Assembly: GCF_018350175.1 (NCBI RefSeq)
Contig: NC_058368.1
Span: 182,840,001-182,904,000, forward strand
Length of the DNA: 64,000 bases
From: Felis catus
Lineage: Eukaryota
Direction of reading: 5' to 3'
Positions 25,982 to 39,178 of this stretch are shown here, piece after piece. Both the position numbers and the translations under genes were made by a program. The notes below the pieces were generated by a model. The model saw nothing but the letters and a program-made list of their open reading frames with translations, did no database searches and was not told the DNA's origin. Each line of letters opens with the position of its first letter. Positions within the stretch are counted from its first letter, which is position 1.

Positions 25982-26112
25982 CATCTGTTTATTGTCTGCC
26001 TCCCTCCCTAGAACTTAAAATCTAGAACAGGGACTTTCTGTTTGAACCATTACTCTAGACCCAGTTGCCAGAAGAGTATAGACATTCCATATGTATACAG
26101 TCAATGAATGAA
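25860..26112 (+). mobile_element. L2 3' end containing (GT)25 at 25931-25980
   Basis: tgtttattgtctgcctccctccctagaac...cagggactt...aatgaatgaa is a typical L2 terminus. Confidence 0.7.
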
Positions 26113-26349
26113 TTATCATCTAGACCCAAAATATCAAGGGCTGCATCTACTATTATAGATCAAAGCTATAGTTATTTTTTAGATGTAATCATCATCAACA
26201 GCTCATTAGGATTATGTTTTTACTTGAGTTACTACACCTTATTCTGTAAGTACCCCAACAACATACAGGAAGCATGCAATAGTCAGAAACTGCTAAACTG
26301 ATTTTAAATGAAGGACCAATGAAGTAGGAGAATTAATATTCAAGAAGCG

Positions 26350-26520
26350 ATACCTTGTTGCAGAGAAAAATCAGGCTTTGAAGTTTCAGAAAATGAAATC
26401 CACATCCTGATTCTGTCACGTATGTGACTAGAGGTACGATATTTCTGTTTACATATAAAAGTGGGAAGTAACGCGGACAGTGTAGGGATTACTACAAGGA
26501 TGACATGAGATAAAATATTA
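26350..26520 (+). mobile_element. MIR fragment
   Basis: caggctttgaagtttcaga...tatgtgact...atttctgtttacatataaaagtggg...atgagataa. Confidence 0.55.
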
Positions 26521-27689
26521 GTCTATGACTTTTAAAACAGAATTTTCCGGACTTCCTCTAAAATGCTGCCTAACAACAGAGTTTTCTATTTAAAAAAAAA
26601 GAAAAAGAAATTAAATTGCAACCCTCTACCAAATCATCCATGGCAAGAAAACAGAAAAGGAGAAGAAAAAAGATGTTGCAAGGCCCTCACAGACCTGGAG
26701 GTCAGCTGAGAAAACATCAGACAGAACATGGCATCCTGGGTGATACCTAAACAGAATGGCAAAGCCGACAGACGAAAGAGGAGCATGAAAAGCAGCACAA
26801 AAAAGAAAGTGGACAACGTGGCTTTAGAACTTAGAACTGCGTGGGGGGCAAACTTCAGAAGCAGCTTAGTGCGATAGTGAGGTAGTGAATAGAACTAAAT
26901 TCAGACTAAAAAGCAGAGCTTTTCATTTCAAAGAAGGGGACAGAAGGGCCAGGCTGGCTTATGTTTCAAGAAAGCTCCATAGAACTTCACAATCTTTGGG
27001 AATTCCCCAGGGTGTAAAAGTTCAATAAAAGAAAATTGGCTTAAAGGACTCAGCACTAAGTGAATATCTCAAGATTAGTTAGGTAGTCCACTTCTCTCCC
27101 TTCTTGGCTCTTTAGACTGGACACAGTGAGAGAATCAGAAACACAACTAAATAGTTATTAAGGAGATAGAAAAGCTTACAGGCAAGTACTATGTGAAACA
27201 CTCATGATAAGACTATAAACAGAGTTTGAAAGGGCCCCTCCTCCCTTTTTAAAAGCAAAGTTTATGATGTGATTAACACTTGGCAACACAGACATGGGAG
27301 ATGGGAATACAAATTTTTTAAAAATGATTTTTTGGCTGTATTTTCAGGATTCTTAAATTCCATGTGATGCTGGGTTTATACAATTTATGAAGAAGAAAAC
27401 CTAATTGAATATTTCTAATAGCCCCTCAATAGCATCAGCCATGCCTTTTTCTTGAAAGCACAAGATTTATCTGACCCTTTGATAAATACCGTTAAGATAT
27501 TTAAGACAGATACAAGAAAGAAAGGAATACAATTCTTTCTTGGAATATGAACATTTGGTCTTTGAGTTCAAAGTCTTCAGGCAGACAATACATATTACAT
27601 GAGGACTATTCTTACCAGTTGGTATATGAAGCATACTGTTTTTGTAATAATAGTGTTTTTCTTAAGTCTGAGGAGTACCTTTTTTAATA

Positions 27690-27940
27690 AAAATAAATAA
27701 ATAAAAGCAAACACTTAAGCAGAAAGCACAGTGTTCGAGTTACTGTCTATAGTGCTTTGTATATATTAAAATATTTCATCCCCCAGCAATTCTATAAGGT
27801 AGGAACTATTGTACCAATTATATAAATGAAGAAATTGAGGCACATAACAAGTTATATAAGCTTTCTGAAATCACTCACCTGGTAAGCAGCAGAGATGAGA
27901 TTTAAACACAGACAGCTTAGCTGCATGTAGCATACAGTTA
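27690..27940 (-). mobile_element. MIR
   Basis: aaatgaagaaattgaggcaca...ggtaagcagcagagatgagatttaaacacagacag. Confidence 0.75.
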
Positions 27941-28329
27941 CTCAAGTCTTATTTGATTTAGTTCGGAACAAAATGCCAGAGGAAGCAAGTCTGTCTGCTG
28001 TTGATCAGACAGACAATAAAATCTTAAAATGTAAATATATTTACTATACTTATAGTAGGATATAACATTTACTCTCTCCTCTCAAATGAATTTTTTCTCG
28101 TCGAAATTTTTACCAAACTAGCAATATCCGTAACCATATATTGTCATTATTTTAATGCAGTTATTCTTTTGATACAAAAGGAAGATTTGATCTAGGAATA
28201 AATGAGGTCCAAGGAGATTGAACATGGGGAGAGAAAGGAGATCAAAGAGTACTACAGTTGGAAATGGGGTTTGATGACATTGAGAGAATATTGTTGAGAT
28301 ACAGAAATGAGCCTTATAACTGAACAAGG

Positions 28330-28530
28330 TCAGAAAAGCAGATAGATAGAAAGCCCAGGGTTTGAGGGAGATCTGGGTTGACATCTCAGGACATCTTGTA
28401 TAAGTCACTAATCTCTCTCAAGCTTCTAGTTTCTTCATCTATAAAGTGGGAATAATCACAGAAGCTCCCTTATGGGGTAGTTTTAAAAATTAGAGAACTC
28501 AATAAATTGTAGCTAGTATTAACATTATAT
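28330..28530 (+). mobile_element. MIR
   Basis: aagtcactaatctctctcaagcttctagtttcttcatctataaagtgggaataat...ctcaataaattgtagct. Confidence 0.75.
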
Positions 28531-29280
28531 ATATTATAAATGGAATAAGGGATAGTAATTATACTTGATTAAAAAAAGTGTTAGTAAATGAATAAAACAA
28601 TACATTTAAAAAATTGAGGACCACGACAGGCGTTGGTACAACCCCAAAATTAGAGAAATACAGATGTTAATTTTATTACTTTTAAGGGCAAAACTAATTG
28701 CTTTTGTTAGTTCATTTGCCAAATGTTAGTTCATTTGAATTCTTCATGAAACAGGAGCATAACAATAACTAGAATATTATAGATCTTTATGTATCCATAA
28801 GTCTAGATGTATATATATACACATATATATGTGTATATAAATGTATGTATGTGTGTATATATGTGTATATATATATGGAAAACAATAGTTTCCATTATAC
28901 AATTAACCAGTTTAAAATTTATTATATGACCACATAGTCACAACCGTAAGCTCATTTTTATATACAGAACTTTAAAAATTTAAAATTATAGAAATTAGTA
29001 ATAGAGATCTTTATGATTTTATTGATTTTTGTTGGTTTTTAAATGATATTTCTCAAAATTTATAATAAATGCATATAAAACACTGAAGATCACTTGTCGT
29101 TGTAAACAGCTTAAGCAAAGCATAACTAAGAGATACTTGACTTCACACCTAGAGTTCTAAGTTGGTGTGCACATTGTTTAAAAAGGTATAGAATGGGTCC
29201 TCTGGTGATTATATGTTGATAGATGATACATGAAACATGTTTTATTGTTTCCATTACTTATATCTCACAAGAATAGTTTC

Positions 29281-29420
29281 TTTTTTTTTTAAGTGTTTGT
29301 TTTTGAGAGGGAGAGAGAGAAAGAGCATGAGCAGGGAAGGGGCAGAGAGAATGGGAGACAGAGGATCCGATGCAGGCTCCAGGCTATGAGCTGTCAGCAC
29401 AGAGCCCAATGTGGGTCCCC
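29281..29420 (-). mobile_element. CAN-SINE lacking most of the tRNA-derived head
   Basis: Tail and body present; sequence jumps from gcccaatgtggg to tcccc; degenerate TSD aatagtttc / aaaagtttc. Confidence 0.9.
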
Positions 29421-29683
29421 AGTAAAAGTTTCCTTTTTAAAGGAACGATATAAAATTTTATTTCAAAGCATTTTTGAATTTTTAAAGGCTAAATTTTTAA
29501 AATTTATTATTTAAAAAGTGCATTGAAATTGTTACATAAGCAATTGTTAAAATCTACAAATAACAGAAAATTAGGAAGAGTGAAAATACCAAGCATTTAA
29601 ACTTTAAATATAAGTCACTTTTCCAAGTTTTCTTAAAAACATTATTTTCTATCATGTAATTTTCTATTGTAGCTCAAGAGTTT

Positions 29684-29848
29684 GGGGCACCTGGGTGGTT
29701 CAGTCGGTTGACTGTCCAACTTCAGCTCAAGGTCATGATCTCAAGATGTGTGGGTTTGAGCCCCAGGTTGGGCTCTATGCTCACAGCTCAGAGTTGGAGC
29801 CTGATAGAGATTCTGTGTCTCCCTCACTCTGCCCCTCCCCTGTTCACC

Positions 29849-29893
<45 letters not shown>

Positions 29894-29938
29894 CCTCCCT
29901 CCCTCAAAAATAAATAAAACATTTTATAATATTAAAAA
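29684..29938 (+). mobile_element. CAN-SINE with expanded (CT)n
   Basis: TSD aagagttt (29676-29683, 29939-29946). Confidence 0.95.
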
Positions 29939-30176
29939 AAGAGTTTCATAAAACACAATTATCATGAAATATTTCAATTGGGTATTCAATGTATGTAGGT
30001 AAAAATAACCTGTTTAATTTTCTTTGAATGTGTATTTATGTATATTTGTGTTCCTCAGCTCATATTTAAAGAGATATGTTGACACTAATTACAATCAAAC
30101 TATCATTCATTATTAAAATCATAACCTGTGTGTCTTTCCTTTTTGCCTTTCAACTAGGACAAACTGAGAAACAGTT

Positions 30177-30400
30177 GGGGCACCTTGGTGGCTCAGTCAG
30201 CTGAGCATCCAACTTTGGCTTGGGTCATGATCTCGCATTTGTGGGTTTGAGCCCCACATTTGGCTCTGGGCTGACAGCTCAGACAGAGAGCTCGAGCCCA
30301 CATTGGATCCTGTGTTTCCCCCTCTCTCTGCCCCTCCCCTGCTCTTGTTCTGTCTCTGTCAAAAACTAAAATACAATGATAAAAAAAAAAAAAAATTAAA
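30177..30400 (+). mobile_element. CAN-SINE
   Basis: TSD aaactgagaaacagttg / aaaccaagaaacagttg. Confidence 0.93.
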
Positions 30401-31537
30401 GGAAACCAAGAAACAGTTGAAGAAGGAAAGTGTAACTACTAGGGCATTTTATCTTTTGAATTAAAATCTTTTGACTTCTCAGATTCCAACACTACCCTCT
30501 CCACATGTATTTCCAAACCAACAGAAAGTACACGCGCAGACATGCAGACACACAGACATACACACGCACACACTCAAAGCACCACCTTGCCCCAACAGTT
30601 CCACAGTTCTAATTAAAAGCTACATTTTGTTAAGCAAATTAGGAGCTACAATAAAGTGGAGGGAGCATGTGAAATGAATAATTAACGTTGTATAGACTTC
30701 AGCATCATAATTAAGATTAAACGCCGCATATATTCAAACTAGATTAGCACAGCCATTGAAAGCAGGGATGTGCTCAGTGGGAGAGTATGCTTTTGCTAAA
30801 TAATGTTTTATGAAGAATATTCTAAAAACATTAAGCACAAGGTTGTCATATATAAAATGATTAAAGTTTTATACAAAAGCAGCTGTAATTCCAGTAAATG
30901 AAGTAATTTCATTTTCCTGCTGTTTTCACCTTTAGGAACATACTGTAAATGGAAAGGAACTCCATGTGATATCTTATTAAATAGAGTATGAATCCCCTTG
31001 TTTGAGATTAATGAACTCTCACTACATAAATTTGGGTAACGGACAGTTCTAGGCACTTAACGGTACTTACTTCTTTGATACCCCTTGGAAAGATTTATTT
31101 TGTTTAACTTTTATTTAATGTGTCCCTCAATCTTGTCAGCAAGTGTTTTGGGGGGCATTATTCACAATTAACTTTCTTATCTTTAACTTATCTTTACCTG
31201 AAATCTTTCTTGCGTCATGGAATAATTCCTGAAAATTCAGACTTGGCAAAGGTCATATATTTTCTTTGCACGTGCATTTCATTTATGCTAATAACTAGTA
31301 ACCTTTATGGTGAGATCAGACTCTATTCTCAATACTTTTATTCCCCTTTCTTCCTGTTATTTGCCACTAAGTTTCAACAAATTAGAATTTTAAACCAAAA
31401 CCAAAGCAAAATGTGATTTTTATATTAGTTTTATTGGTTATAGTCTTTTCCTGACTATCCTACACCTGCGTTCTGTTCTTGACCTGGAATTAAAAAAAAA
31501 AATCCTCAATCTAATCCTATGCTGATGATATTATCAG

Positions 31538-31637
31538 TTTTTTTTTAAGTAAGCTCTATGCCCAATGTGGGGCTCAAACTTGCGACCCCAAGATCAAGAG
31601 TTTCATGCTCTACCAACTGAGCCAGCCAGGCACTCCA
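31538..31637 (-). mobile_element. Short old CAN-SINE (tRNA-derived head plus tail, no CT region)
   Basis: gtggggctcaaacttgcgaccccaagatcaagagtttcatgctctaccaactgagccagccagg preceded by a T-run. Confidence 0.85.
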
Positions 31638-31975
31638 GTATTTATTATCAAATTAAAAGAACAAAATGAATAAAAAGATTCAAAACTTCTGTTTAAACTA
31701 CATATAATTTTATGAACATAAATTTATTTTGAAATCAGAAAATCTACATCCTGAATCAGCCAAAATCTTATGTTCAATGTGATCAATAATGAATAAGTAA
31801 TTCAATGAAAATACTGCAAGAATAAGATAGCAAGATTTATATACATACAAAGTTATAGTATTGGCGGATATCTATTCAGAAGAGAAAAGGGGAAAGCATG
31901 ATTTTTGTTTGTTTTATATTTATTTTTTCTTCCTATAATTACTGGAATATGTTGCAACATAGAATATTCCAAACA

Positions 31976-32138
31976 GAGGCACCTGGGTGGCCCAACCCAT
32001 TAAGCAACCAACTCTTGATTTCAGCTCAGGTCATGATCTCACAGTTCCTGTTACCCAGCCCTGCATTGGGCTCTATGCTGTCCATGTAGAGCCTGCTTGG
32101 GATTGTCTCTCCCTCTCTCTCAGTCCCTCCTCCACTCA

Positions 32139-32183
<45 letters not shown>

Positions 32184-32218
32184 AATAAATATACATTTAA
32201 AATAAAATAAACTGGAAA
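31976..32218 (+). mobile_element. CAN-SINE
   Basis: Head, (CT)n region and tail; degenerate TSD aatattccaaacag / aatattctaaatag. Confidence 0.92.
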
Positions 32219-33536
32219 AAATATTCTAAATAGCTCTTAGAAATATAAAATTCATGGAATGTGTGTATGTATGTATGTGTGTATGTCAGTCCTTTATGGA
32301 ATGGGGTGGGGTGAAATGAGATGAAGCACAATTTCCCATAAAAAATAATATGATGAGACAGTATGATTATTTAAAACAGAGATGGATCTGAGGTTTAATT
32401 CACCTTATTCAAATGCTTGTTTTATCAAAATCATGCTGTGAATTTGATTTCAGGATAAAGTCACTCCTATAAACTGAGGGACAGATTGTAAAAAACAAAA
32501 AACAAAAAACAAAAAAAAACCTTCTCCTTCTTTCCTTGTTAATAAGTTATTCTCTGAAAATAGCATTCAGTACTCTAAAAACAAAACAAACCAAAAGAGA
32601 AAAAAGATTTTGAATATCAGATCAGAAGTTGGCAATCTATGTCATAACATTATAAATAAGCCAAGGGAAAATCCTAAAACATAATTTATTATATATCTAC
32701 TAAATATATCCCAGGCAAAACATAAAGAAAAAACTGAAGTCATGAAACTACTAAGATCTCATCAGTTTTGTTTTGTTTTATTTTACTTTTATACCAAGTA
32801 ATGCTAGGATAATCTTGCAAATAATGGAGAGAATAGGTAACAATAAAGAAAATTGAGCTGATAAAGCCTGAAGAGTAAAAAAATACAGTTATTATCTTTG
32901 CCAATTAAATTCTTTTTTTCAATTGTATTGGTCAACAGTTTCAATGTAAAAAAAAACACACTGTTTTATGGATTCAAGCATTAAGATGAAAGTTAGATAC
33001 TATCACTATAACTATAAATTATGATTATAGCAATATAATTGTAGGTCCTACAAGTAGGTAGCACTAATGGTCTTATCAATTATAGTGCTATAAACATTGT
33101 TTATGGCAGCATAAATATTGATATTAATGTAATCAAGAATCAATAGTGCTTATTCAAAGTGTCATGCAAAATATAACTAACTTGTAAGATGAAATACTTA
33201 ACTTTTAGCCTATGTGGAATGTATACTGCCATGCAAGGAAATTCTCTTGTATCAAGTCGAATGTAATTTAAGTATTGATTAAAAATTCAAAGAAAAACTG
33301 TATTCAGGACATCCTGCACATGGCAAAAGTTTTATAATATATTCTTTTTTAAAAAAAGTTATTTTGTATTAAAAAAAAACAAATCACACAACAGTGATTT
33401 TCAAATTAGTGTGAATGCCTCATGAAGCAATCAAACCCAAATACAGTATTCCATTTTACTCTTGGTAAAAGTAATGAGTAAAACATGAACAACATTGTTG
33501 GGATTCCTATAGCAAGACTCTACTTAATTCTACCAC

Positions 33537-34074
33537 TGTATAAAGGCAGAATTCTACTATGGACACCAAACTTCTTGCTGCTTGGTGGGGATGTCCTGTA
33601 TAATCTTCCTTTGAGTATAGGTGGGTCTCATCTAATCAGATGACTTTTAAAAGATGATTTAGAGGTCAGAGAAGGAGAAAAGTCAGAGTTTTTACGCTAC
33701 AACCAATGCTCTCCTTTTGGCCCTAAAACAAGTAAAATGACATGTTTTGGGGAGTCTCACGTGACACAGAACAGGCAGCAAGCTGCTTCTAGAAGTTGAA
33801 AGCCAGCAGTAAATAAATGGGGTCCTAACTAATGCAACTGAAAGGAAATGAATTTTGCCAAACAGCAAGACTTCAAGGAAACTTTGAGCCTCAGATGGAA
33901 ATACAAATCCAATCAGCACCATCATTGTAGCCTGATAAAACTCTGAATAAAACCCAACTGGCCTACACACAGACTTCTGATCTATAGAACTGTGATGTAA
34001 TATGTGAATGTTCTTTTTAGTCTCAAGTCTGTGGTACTGTATCACTGTGTAATAAATTAAGAAAAACTAATATG
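33537..34074 (+). mobile_element. MaLR solo LTR (MLT1E-like)
   Basis: tgtataaaggcagaattct...aaggaaatgaattttgccaa...gagcctcagatg...gacttctgatctatagaactgtga...gaaaaactaata. Confidence 0.8.
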
Positions 34075-34884
34075 CCTGCTTTACCCCTTCTGTCTAAAAA
34101 TCTTATTTCTTCTGCCTATCTGTTCTACTGTGAAAGCAATTGAAAAGTTGAGAAACCACCCTGTTTTCCCTGCATCTCCAAACGAGTTCCCACTCACAAT
34201 GATATTTAAGATTCCATACCTCAAGTTTGAAATGTGGGTGCCCATTGTTGACTGCACCATCAGAAGCCAAACACCTATGATGTTTGCACACATGATATAT
34301 ATAAATGTAAACTTCATTTCATTTCATAAACATAGCCATTTAGCATTGAAAAAAATCAAGTTGGAAGAATCATAGCATAAAACCTATGTAAACTTGAAAT
34401 TCAAGTATAAATTGTAGAAACAAGCCAGATGTGTGTCACCTTATTAGTGGGTAACTGAATAACTTAATTGTTTTAAAACTCAAACAGGATTTCCTCTCTC
34501 CAAGTCTCCATTTTACCAGACAGCAGGCCTGACAGTTAAAGTATATTCCCCAATTTCATGCAAATAGTAACATGGTTTAGAAGTACCCTGCTTTCAAGGA
34601 TAGAGGGAGAAAAACTTATTACCTATCATATGCCATGTACAGACTAGATGCTTTTACTGTTTAATATCCTATGATCATCTGCCACATTTTTAGGGCAGAT
34701 TCCAAAGAGGCAACAACAGTCTGAGGTCAGGTAGCATCAATGTATGAACCAAGGAGATGTAAAGAAGAGGGAGTGCTAGGAATACTCCAAGTGCATGCTT
34801 ACACAGATGCTGAAATAAAACAAATTTTGAAAAATCCTCTACTGGCCAATTGAAACATACTGCTCCCATGGGCTGATAAGAAAA

Positions 34885-35100
34885 ACATAGTGAAATGGTT
34901 AGGAACAGAGACTTTGTAATTTGTGTTCTGCAAACCTTATTAGTAAATTATCCAATCTTGCTAAACCTTATTTTCCTCAACCTTAAAATGGGATAAAATA
35001 GTGTCTATTCTTAAGTTGTCATAAGAATTAAATCTGATAATACAGGTAAAACACTGAGAACATTTACAGACTAAAAGCATGACCTCAATATAACTAGTAG
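34885..35100 (+). mobile_element. MIR
   Basis: ccttattttcctcaaccttaaaatgggataaaatagtgtct...gaattaaatctgataatacaggtaaaacactgagaaca. Confidence 0.75.
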
Positions 35101-35503
35101 AAAGTAATCAGAATAGTGGTGATTGAGTAGTAAATAGTATCGACATTGAAGTCTACTTTCTCGACTCCAATTATTTCTTAATACTGGGGTTGTATACTAT
35201 TCAATTTTCTAGTTTCATACACAAACACACAGATATATGTATATGGATACACATATATCTCAACCACTGGATTGTTGCTGTTTGTACTCCTTATATCTGT
35301 CCTCGCGTTCCAGCTTGTGGATGAAGTATCGATATTGAAATTCTGATTATAATCACCTTGATCTCATATAGTTTAGAAGGCAACTCTCCCACTCTCTCAC
35401 CCCCAACACACATACCACATACAGGCAGGTGCAGCAAGGAATCAAGACTTATTAGGTATCTTTTATTCCTTCCTCATGGGAAGGGTATCACATTAGTCTA
35501 AAT

Positions 35504-37320
35504 CAGAGGTTTTCAACTTGCAGTCCATAGACCAGAATTGACTAATGGATATCTTATTGGCTAGAACAGTGTTAGTTCTTGCTGTGATATAGAAAATTGA
35601 TACATATCTTTTTAAAGAATTTTAAATTTTCTACCCTTTTAGAAGATGGTTTCATTCTTAAAATTTTAACTCCTGTATGGTTAACACACATTACTATGTT
35701 TAGTACAATATAGTGATTCAACAATTCTATACATTTTTCAGGGATCATCTTAAGTGTACTCTTAATTTCCTTCACCTATTTCACCTATTCACTCCACCCC
35801 CTCTCCTCTGGTAACCATCAGTTTTATTCCCTATAGTTAAGGGTCTGTTCCTTGGTTTGTCTCTTTTTTCTTTGTTTCCTTTGTTTCTTAAATTCCATAT
35901 ATGAGTGCAATCACACAGTATTTGTCTTACCTGATTGACTTATTTCACTTAACATTATACCCTCTAGATCCAACCCTGTTGCTGCAAATGGTAACATCTC
36001 ATTCTTTTTTATGGCTGAGTAATTTATATATATTATATAATGAAATATTAGTCAGCCATAAAAGAGAATGATATCACACACACACACACACCCACACACA
36101 CAGAGCTACCACATTCTCTTCATCTATTGATGAGTATTTGGGCTGCATCTGTAATTTGCCTATTGTAAATGCTGTAATAAACATAGAGGTGCATGTATCT
36201 TTTCAAATTAATGTTTTTGAATTCTTTGGGTAAAATTCCAGTAGGAGAATTACTGGAACATAAGTTAATCCTAGGTTTTTAAATTTTTTGTGGAAGCTCT
36301 ATACTATTTTCCACAGTAATTCCACCAGTTTCCAATTCCCACCAACTATGCAGGACAGTTCCTTTTTCTCTACATTCACACTAACACTTTTTTGTGTTTC
36401 TGATTTTAGCCATTCTGACAAGTGTGAACTGACACCTCACTGAGGTTCTAATTTGCATTACTCTGATGATGAGTGATATTGAGGATCTTTTCACACATCT
36501 GTTGTCCATGTGTGTATCTTCTTTGGAGAAATGTGTTCATGGTTCCTGTCCTTTTGTTTTAAACTGGATTCTATGATTTTTGGTATTGAGTTGTGTAAGT
36601 TCTTTATATATTTTGGATACTAACCCTTTATCAGATATATCATTTGGAAGTATTTTCACCTGTCCTGTAGGATGTTTTTTTAGTTTTGTTGATTGTTTCC
36701 TTTGCTATGCAGAAGTTTATGCTGTTATTTTTATTTTGATTTAGTCCCTACAGTTTATTTTTGCTTTTGTTTCCATTGCCTCAGGAGACATATCTAGAAA
36801 AATGTTGCTTTGGCCAAGGTCAGAGAGATTACTGCCTCTGCTCTCTTCTAGGATTTTTATGGTTTCAAGCCTCACATTTAGGTCCTTAATCAGTTCTGAG
36901 TTTATTTTTGTATACGCTGTCAGAAAATGGTCCAGTTTCATTATTTTGCATGTAACTATACAATTTTCCCAACACCATTTGTTGAAGAGAGTTTTTCCCA
37001 GTGTACATTCTGACCTCCTTTGTCAAAGATTAAATGACCATATAATCATGGGTTTATTTCTGGGCTCTTGATTATGTTCCATTGATTTTTGTGTTTATTT
37101 TTGTGCCAGTACCATAATGTTTTGATTACTATAGCTTTGTACTGTATCTTGAAAGCTGGGATTATGATACATATATGTTTAAAAACCATTAATTATTTGC
37201 CAAGATTTATAGTTGAAAGAGTCATATTTAAACATTGATTTCTGGCTTTTTTTTCTTCCTATTAGTAATTTAAAAGTAGGTATTACATCACATGGATCAA
37301 ATCCCCTTTACAGCCATGTT
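35504..37320 (+). mobile_element. hAT-Charlie MER102-like DNA transposon fragment split by an L1 (pieces ~35504-35640 and ~37175-37320)
   Basis: cagaggttttcaacttgcagtcc...ttggctagaacagtgtt before the L1 and ttaattatttgccaagattta...gatttctggcttt after it appear collinear with the MER102 consensus as recalled. Confidence 0.45.
35652..37170 (-). mobile_element. 5'-truncated carnivore-type L1 (ORF2 C-terminal region plus 3' UTR)
   Basis: ORF 36741-36941 MKLDHFLTAYTKINSELIKDLNVRLETIKILEE is L1 ORF2p; frameshifted elsewhere. Confidence 0.92.
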
Positions 37321-38933
37321 CCTCAGACTTTTAAACTTATATAATTTATAATGCATATATTCAGAAAGAGGGCTTACTTCATTGTATTCGTCATGTTTTA
37401 TCTAAGCACTCACATTTTCAAAGATTTAGAAATCATCTGACCTTAACAACATTTTGTCCTGAAGATTTGTAACTACAAGTAACTTTTCATATTGCTGAAA
37501 AGTTTCATTCTTTTACGACATTTGACTCCAGTTACCTTATAATGAAGAATTTTTTCCCAACCAAATCAAACAGAATTCAATCATTAATTATCTGAAAGTT
37601 GGATTAAAGTTCAGAGAAAAAGTTTCTGCTGATACAACAAAAAGATTTCCCAAATACTGTGGTTTTCTGTGAATATGTCTACTGCTACTGCATTCTCTGC
37701 ATTGTCATCCAGTTTAAAAAATTGTTATGAAATATTTTTGTTGTTGTGGTTTGGAACAGAATAATGTATTCTCTATAACTCATGGCTGAAATTTAGGCAA
37801 CTTTCTTTTATGAATATTGGATTGGGTCCTAATTACTACTAAGGTGACTTCTCACCCACATTATTAATGACTATATTGATATGTTGGTGGATATTCAATG
37901 CCCATGATTTTAAAATGTTAAATATAAAGGGACATTTTAATCACCCATGAACAAAACAAAACAAAAAAAACCATAGTTTCCAACATAATAAGTGTCAAAA
38001 GTGCAGGGAAGTTTAACACCAGTTAATAACAATCAGGTAATTTATGCTAGTTTTACTGTTAGGGTTAAGTACTCTAGCAAAAGCACTTGTTCACCTTGGA
38101 GATTATGTTTCATTTCCAACATAATCCTCAAATTAAAAAGATACACATGTTACCATCATCCCTGTTTCTTATGCACAGTAGCTCCTATTGTCCTAAAGTG
38201 TCCCCTAGGGTCATCTTGCTACGGAAGCAGTTAATGTTTTTTTTCCAACATTTGTAACCTGAAACTGCATCGCTGGAATTCAGTACACAGCTCTGCATTC
38301 TTAGTGTGTTTAATTACAGATTCAAAAATTTTAAGTCACTGGCGTCAAGATTATCCCAGAACAAATCATGAAATTGACAAAACTTGAAGCTACAGTACTT
38401 TGAGGTAGTCCATATGTTTACTTATGCAACTCTTATAGATATAAATATAGAAATGATATATAGATCTCTTACACCAGACCGAGGTTTGGAAAATAAGAGC
38501 TTTTGTTGTTGTTGTTGTTTCCCACTAAGAATCCTAGTTTGGGGCCATGTTAATACTTCCCTTTAGAAATCTAATCTACAGAGAGGTTTAACCTTCAGAT
38601 TAACTTCAATACCCAATGGTATCTGGGCTGTCAGGAAAGGTTGGAAAAAAACTCTGTTAATAAAGTATTCAAGGAGGTTATTTGCATAAACTGTCTTCCT
38701 TAAACTAAATATTAAAAATGGTATTGTTACTCAAAGCCAAAGTGGTAATCAATTAAAATCTGAATCCTATTTCCACAGCTACTACTCTATAAAGAAGCTG
38801 TCTTGTTTATATAACTGTCTACAATTCTTGCTTCAAGCATCTCTTTAGAGGGCCCTAGATCCAAACAATTGGAATTGTACACCCAAAATACAAACTGGGA
38901 TTTGTGTTGAGGACCTCAAAAGATATATGTTCT

Positions 38934-39134
38934 GTTTATTGGTTTGTTGGGGTGGCCCTAACAAAAACTAACTAGCTTAAACAATAGACTAGGTAGTTTA
39001 AACAAGAGTAATTTATTTTCTCATAATTCTAGTAGATACAAATCCAAAATTAAGGTACTCAGCAGGGCTGACTTCTTTTGAAGCCTTTCTCCCTGGCTTA
39101 TAGATGGCCATCTTCTCCATATGTCTTCACTTGG

Positions 39135-39178
<44 letters not shown>

